This document shows, piece after piece, positions 58,911 through 64,000 of a DNA stretch of 64,000 nucleotides. The stretch covers positions 736,001-800,000 of the forward strand of contig CAVPLT010000007.1 of the NCBI GenBank assembly GCA_963706325.1, in the 5' to 3' direction. The position numbers were made by a program, and so were the translations under genes. This DNA comes from an uncultured Nitrospiraceae bacterium. GTDB taxonomy: Bacteria > Nitrospirota > Nitrospiria > Nitrospirales > Nitrospiraceae. Every line of letters begins with the position of its first letter. Position 1 is the first letter of the stretch. The notes beneath the pieces are model-generated. The model was given only the letters and a program-made list of their open reading frames with translations, searched no databases and was not told the DNA's origin.

Positions 58911-61406
58911 TTAGAGGGAAAGCGCCTGGGAGGCCGCGGGAAGATGAAGGCTTCTTCGCGGTGATGCGGCCGCCCGCTTGGACAAGGGAACTCGTCTGCC
59001 CTTTTTTTGCGGAGGTTTCGGTGCGGCTGCGCGCGGCTTGGACGATGAGGGGCGACGTAAGGCCGCCTTGATAACGTCGTCCACTGTATCGACAAAGATC
59101 AGCTCAATGCCTTTGAGCAGATGTTTAGGGATTTCCTCGAGATCCTTTTTGTTCCGTTTCGGGAGAACGACGGTCGCGAGTTTGGCTCGTTTTGCGGCGA
59201 GAATTTTTTCCTTCAGTCCACCGATAGGCAAGACCCGTCCGCGCAATGTGATTTCACCGGTCATTGCGAGATCTCGGCGCACAGGAATCTGTGCCAGCGC
59301 CGAAGCGATCGCCGTGGCCATGGTGATGCCGGCAGAGGGGCCGTCCTTAGGCGTTGCACCGGCCGGCACATGGATGTGAATGTCGTTCTTGGCAAAGATG
59401 TCGGGGTTGATCCCCAGCGTTTTCTCTCGTGAACGCACATAGCTGAGCGCCGCCTGCGCCGATTCTTTCATGACATCGCCGAGATGACCGGTGAGGGTCA
59501 GTTGACCTTTGCCTTTCATCACCGTGGCTTCGATGTACAACACATCGCCGCCGCTTTCGGTCCATGCCAGTCCGGTGGCCACGCCGACCTCGTCTTTCTC
59601 GAGTTCCGCCTCGGGGACGAATTTTGCCACTCCCAAAAACTTGTTCAGGTTGCTCTGGTCGATGATGTGGCACTGCGTTTTGCCTTCGGCGACCTTCTTA
59701 GCCACTTTCCGCATGAGGTTAGCGATCTCACGTTCGAGATTACGGACACCGGCCTCGCGCGTGTAATGCGAGATAATGTGGCGAATCGTCGCCTCTTGGA
59801 CGCGTATGTGTTTCTCGGTGATGCCGTGTTCGTTCATCTGCCGTGGGAACAGGTATTTCTGCGCGATGCCGAGTTTTTCTTCCTCTGTGTAGCCAGGAAT
59901 GTCAATGACTTCCATACGATCCCGCAGCGCCGGCAGGATGGGGTCCATGAGGTTTGCCGTAGTGACAAACATGACCTCCGTCAAATCGAAAGGCACTCCG
60001 AGATAGTGGTCGGTGAACGTGCTGTTTTGTTCCGGATCCAACACTTCCAGCAAGGCGGCCGAGGGATCACCACGAAAATCCATGCCGACTTTGTCGACTT
60101 CGTCGAGCATGAAGACGGGATTGCTCGTACCGGCCTGCTTCATGCCCTGTATAATACGTCCCGGTAGCGCGCCGACATAGGTCCGGCGGTGTCCGCGGAT
60201 TTCTGCCTCGTCCCGCACGCCGCCCAAACTAATGCGGACGAACTCGCGGCCCAATGCGCGGGCGATGGATTTGCCCAGCGATGTTTTACCGACGCCCGGG
60301 GGGCCCACGAAGCAGAGGATCGGGCCTTTCATTTTCTCTTTCAGCTTGCGCACGGCGAGATATTCGACGATGCGTTCTTTCACCTTTTCCAAATCGTAAT
60401 GGTCCTCGTTCAGGACCTTCATCGCAGCCTTCAAGTCGAGGTTGTCCTTCGACTTCTTATTCCACGGTAATTCAACCATCCACTCCAGGTAGGTTCGGAC
60501 CGTGGCCGACTCCGCCGTGTCCGGGTGCATTTTTTCCAGCCGCTTCAGCTGCTTTTCTGTTTCCTTCAGCACCTTGTCGGGCATCTTGGCGTCTTTGATG
60601 CGTTTGCGGAAATCCGCAACTTCCTCCGCGCGCTCGTCCAACTCGCCGAGTTCCTTCTGAATCGCTTTCAGCTGCTCGCGCAGAAAGTACTCGCGTTGGG
60701 TCTTGTCCATTTCCCCCTTGGCTTGGGCCTGAATTTTCTGTTGCATGGAGAGGACATCGATTTCCTTCGCGAGAATCTCACTGATCTGCCTCAGCCGTTG
60801 AATGGGCTCAACAATTTCCAAGACGGCTTGCGTGATATCGACCTTCAGCCCAAGATTAGAGGCAACCATGTCGGCCAGCCGACCCGGGTCTTCCAGATTT
60901 TCAATCACGACCATGACGTCCGGGATCAACACCTTGCCGAGGCTTACGATCTTCTCGATCTGTTCCTTCACGGTACGCATGACGGCTTCTGTTTCGAGCG
61001 AGGAACCGGGCTGCTTTACCTCGACCAGCTTTTCGATCCGGACGGAATAATAGGGGTCGTTCTGGATGTATTCCTCGATGCGCCCCTTCGCGAGCCCCTG
61101 CACCAGAATCTTGATGCGCTCGTCGGGCAACTTGAGCATTCGCATGATGATGCCCACGGTACCGACCGCGTGGATGTCGTCCGGTTGCGGGTTCTCCACA
61201 TCCAGGGATTTTTGAGTCGCGAGGAAGAGCATGCGATTGCCCGCGAGCGCGGCCTCGATCGCCTTGATCGACATTTCGCGTCCGACGAACAGCGGGAGCA
61301 CCATATAGGGGAAGACGACGATATCTCGCACGGGCAGCAAGGGCAATTGGTCCGGCGGCTCGAGATTCTGATTGCTTGAGAAATCTTGTTCTACTGCTTC
61401 AGCCAT
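58911..61406 (-). CDS. lon: ATP-dependent protease Lon
   Basis: [46 protein letters not shown] and GGLKEK. Confidence 0.98.
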   Translation of the reverse strand: MAEAVEQDFSSNQNLEPPDQLPLLPVRDIVVFPYMVLPLFVGREMSIKAIEAALAGNRMLFLATQKSLDVENPQPDDIHAVGTVGIIMRMLKLPDERIKILVQGLAKGRIEEYIQNDPYYSVRIEKLVEVKQPGSSLETEAVMRTVKEQIEKIVSLGKVLIPDVMVVIENLEDPGRLADMVASNLGLKVDITQAVLEIVEPIQRLRQISEILAKEIDVLSMQQKIQAQAKGEMDKTQREYFLREQLKAIQKELGELDERAEEVADFRKRIKDAKMPDKVLKETEKQLKRLEKMHPDTAESATVRTYLEWMVELPWNKKSKDNLDLKAAMKVLNEDHYDLEKVKERIVEYLAVRKLKEKMKGPILCFVGPPGVGKTSLGKSIARALGREFVRISLGGVRDEAEIRGHRRTYVGALPGRIIQGMKQAGTSNPVFMLDEVDKVGMDFRGDPSAALLEVLDPEQNSTFTDHYLGVPFDLTEVMFVTTANLMDPILPALRDRMEVIDIPGYTEEEKLGIAQKYLFPRQMNEHGITEKHIRVQEATIRHIISHYTREAGVRNLEREIANLMRKVAKKVAEGKTQCHIIDQSNLNKFLGVAKFVPEAELEKDEVGVATGLAWTESGGDVLYIEATVMKGKGQLTLTGHLGDVMKESAQAALSYVRSREKTLGINPDIFAKNDIHIHVPAGATPKDGPSAGITMATAIASALAQIPVRRDLAMTGEITLRGRVLPIGGLKEKILAAKRAKLATVVLPKRNKKDLEEIPKHLLKGIELIFVDTVDDVIKAALRRPSSSKPRAAAPKPPQKKGRRVPLSKRAAASPRRSLHLPAASQALSL

Positions 61407-61494
61407 GAGGCTCCAGTCTACTGAGTGTGTAATCTGAGTGACGATGTCGTGCTGTGGCACGGGTTGGGCAACGGTACCCCGTCATGCCCAAGGA

Positions 61495-62436
61495 TTAGCT
61501 GGTGGCGCGTGTCCGACCTGGGCTGGAACGTCCGGTGCCGCGACGACGCGCGTCGGTGGCGGCCGGTTGAAGACGCTGTTGCAGAAATTCGGCGAACGCA
61601 GGTCCCAGGGACGGATTCTTCAAAGCCAATTCGACAGTGGCAATAAGGAAGCCGAGTTTATCGCCTGCATCATGCCGTTGCCCTTGGATTTCATGGGCAA
61701 ACATCGGGGTATGTCGGACGAGTTGCCGCAGGGCATCAGTCAACTGAATTTCTCCGTTCTTACCCGGCGGAGTTTTGCGCAGGATCGGGAAAATTTCCGG
61801 CGGCAAGACATAGCGCCCGATAACCGCAAGATTCGAGGGCGCATCGGCGGGCGCCGGCTTTTCAACCAGATCGTCGACCCGATGCAGTCCCTTGCCTAGG
61901 CGGCGCGCGGAGATGATGCCGTAACGGCTCACCTCTTGCGGCGGAACTTCCTGCACCCCCAAGACGGCACCTTTGCGTTGTTTGAAAATATGGATGAGCT
62001 GGGCGAGACCGGGGACTGCCGCGTCGATGATTTCATCGCCCAAGATTACCGCGAATGGCTCATCGCCGATCAGATGTTGGGCGCACAAGACGGCGTGACC
62101 CAATCCCATGGCTTCCGGTTGACGAACGTAACAGAAGTTCGCCAAATTTGAAATGTGTCGCATTTGGTTCAGGACTTGGCCTTTACCGCTGCCCTTGAGA
62201 TTTTCTTCGAGTTCCAATGAACGGTCGAAATGATCTTCAATCGCGCGCTTCCCGCGGCCGGTGATGACAATAATATCTTCGATCCCGGAGGCGACCGCTT
62301 CTTCGACGACATATTGAATCAACGGTTTGTCGACCAGCGGCAGCATCTCTTTTGGGGAGGCCTTCGTGGCGGGAAGAAAGCGCGTACCCAGTCCGGCAGC
62401 GGGAATAATGGCTTTACGTACGTCTGTTCGAGTCAT
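61495..62436 (-). CDS. galU: UTP-glucose-1-phosphate uridylyltransferase
   Basis: KAIIPAAGLGTRFLPATKASPKEMLP, VEKP and GEIQLTDA. Confidence 0.97.
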   Translation of the reverse strand: MTRTDVRKAIIPAAGLGTRFLPATKASPKEMLPLVDKPLIQYVVEEAVASGIEDIIVITGRGKRAIEDHFDRSLELEENLKGSGKGQVLNQMRHISNLANFCYVRQPEAMGLGHAVLCAQHLIGDEPFAVILGDEIIDAAVPGLAQLIHIFKQRKGAVLGVQEVPPQEVSRYGIISARRLGKGLHRVDDLVEKPAPADAPSNLAVIGRYVLPPEIFPILRKTPPGKNGEIQLTDALRQLVRHTPMFAHEIQGQRHDAGDKLGFLIATVELALKNPSLGPAFAEFLQQRLQPAATDARRRGTGRSSPGRTRATS

Positions 62437-62443
62437 AGGGGCG

Positions 62444-62472
62444 ATAGTATGTGATGGGGTAGGTGAAGTCAA
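62444..62472 (-). promoter_or_regulatory. Putative leaderless sigma70 promoter of galU
   Basis: Minus strand TTGACT-17 nt-TACTAT-7 nt-ATG. Confidence 0.65.
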
Positions 62473-62755
62473 GATTTCGTCGGGTCTTTTCGGCCGTCGT
62501 CGGCGCGCTGCTCTGCCGGGAAACTCCTTTACATTGAAAAATGTGATCAATATAATCCGAGAGTTTTCCTGCAAAAAGTACGGTCGTGCTGCAACGAAAG
62601 CGGCGCATCGGTGACTCTAATAGTGACAGTTCGTGAGTGTCAGCTCGGGACCGATCGGCCCTGTGCAAGGAACGCCACATCTAGCGTGACGGTGTCCTCT
62701 CTTGCGGTTTCGTATGACCAGTGCTTGCATCCCCAAGTGCTGCAGAAGGATTGCG

Positions 62756-64000
62756 GTGATCAAGGCCGGAAGCAGGCGTTGGGGGCGGATTTTCATTCTT
62801 GCACTGGCCGTGCTCTACTCCCTCGGTGTTGGGGAACTCCTGTCCGCGCAGGACGGGGTGCCGCCGGTGACCTCGGTCACGATCCGTGGCCAGAAACGTA
62901 TTGAATTGCAGGCGATTGAAGGGCGTCTCACGCTCAAGGCGAACGACCGTTTTACCGCCGACGCGCTTCGTGAGCAGGTCAAGATTTTGTATGGAACCGG
63001 CTATTTCGAGGATGTGCAGGTGGAGACGGACCCTGGTCAGGGCGGGGTGGCCGTGACATTTGTCATCCGTGAAAAGCCCTTCATCACAGAAATCGTGTTC
63101 GATGGAAATGAGGAGTTGAGCGACGATAAGCTGAAAGAGAAAATTACTATTAAGAGCCAAACGTTTCTCGATCAGCAGCAGGCAAAAGAAAGCGCCGAGA
63201 AGATTCGGCTCGCTTATCAGGAAGATGGGTTTTATAACGCCCAAGTCATTCCCGTCATTCAGGCGGTGGACGAGGACCGTAAACGACTGACCTATTTCGT
63301 CAAGGAAGGCACGAAGGCCAAAGTCAGACGCATCAACCTCGAAGGCATGCGCGCCGTGACCAAGGAGGAAATGTTCAAGGTGACGGCCACCCGGGAGTGG
63401 ATCCCGTGGTATGGGATCGTTACGCAACTAAAAGTGCCGTCGCTGCTCTCCGACGCCGGCGTGCTCAAGCGGGAAGAACTCGGCAATGATATCGAACGCA
63501 TGCGGGAAGTCTACTTGAATAAAGGCTACCTGAATGTGCAGATCAGCCAACCGACGGTGGAGCTCAGCGACGATAAGCAATGGTTCGAGATCACTTATTC
63601 AGTCGCCGAAGGCGAGCCGTTCATCGTTCAAGAAATCGGATTTCGGGGCAACACGGTTTTCGAGGATCATGAATTGCGGGACGGGCTGAATATCAAGGCC
63701 GGTGAAATATTTCAGCGGGCCAAGATTCGCGGCGAAATTACGCGCATCACCGATCTGTATGGCGCCAAGGGATATGCCTTTGCCGACGTGGTGCCGAACG
63801 TCACGCCCGACAACAATGCGCGCACGGCCACGATTCTCCTCAATGTGAAGGAAGGGGAGATGATGCGGGTCCGGGAAATCCACGTCAACGGCAACGACAA
63901 GACGCGCGACAATGTGGTACGCAGGGAATTGCGACTGGATGAGCAGGATGTGGTCGACACCCTCGCATTGAAACGCAGTTTCCAACGACTGAATAATCTA
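62756..64000 (+). CDS. bamA: Outer membrane protein assembly factor BamA (POTRA domains), truncated by window edge
   Basis: Not in the ORF track because it has no stop in the window. Reads VTIRGQKRIE, LYGTGYFEDV, YLNKGYL, YGAKGYAFA and GNDKTRDNVVRREL. Start is GTG 62756 or ATG 62714. Confidence 0.93.
   Translation, partial: MIKAGSRRWGRIFILALAVLYSLGVGELLSAQDGVPPVTSVTIRGQKRIELQAIEGRLTLKANDRFTADALREQVKILYGTGYFEDVQVETDPGQGGVAVTFVIREKPFITEIVFDGNEELSDDKLKEKITIKSQTFLDQQQAKESAEKIRLAYQEDGFYNAQVIPVIQAVDEDRKRLTYFVKEGTKAKVRRINLEGMRAVTKEEMFKVTATREWIPWYGIVTQLKVPSLLSDAGVLKREELGNDIERMREVYLNKGYLNVQISQPTVELSDDKQWFEITYSVAEGEPFIVQEIGFRGNTVFEDHELRDGLNIKAGEIFQRAKIRGEITRITDLYGAKGYAFADVVPNVTPDNNARTATILLNVKEGEMMRVREIHVNGNDKTRDNVVRRELRLDEQDVVDTLALKRSFQRLNNL

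Overview
A 64-kb, GC-rich chromosomal segment. Gene content suggests a Nitrospira-like diderm bacterium (inference: a Pup-proteasome locus together with bamA, tolC and envC). Most of it is housekeeping: uvrA, uvrB, ffh-rpsP-rimM-trmD-rplS-rnhB-yraN, ftsEX-envC-ctpA, thiSGE, thiL, lon, galU and the start of bamA. The most notable elements are: (1) a non-canonical damage-inducible mutagenesis cassette divergent from uvrB, made of a Cro/CI-HTH + S24 repressor, a catalytically dead Y-family protein and a DnaE lacking the SRDF tail, with no imuA and a perfect 19-bp operator-like palindrome over a leaderless promoter; (2) an arc-dop-prcB-prcA-pafA proteasome locus with no pup gene in its usual slot; (3) a sigma54-type GT4-MFS-BON-MFS-glucosidase cluster; (4) a stand-alone Pol-beta-like lyase-domain gene; (5) a G10 tract at the end of thiS, one base away from a ThiS-ThiG fusion; (6) a decayed RNase Z-like pseudogene missed by the ORF track. 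I saw no rRNA, tRNA, CRISPR array, transposase or integrase. All calls come from reading motifs by eye; no database searches were run.
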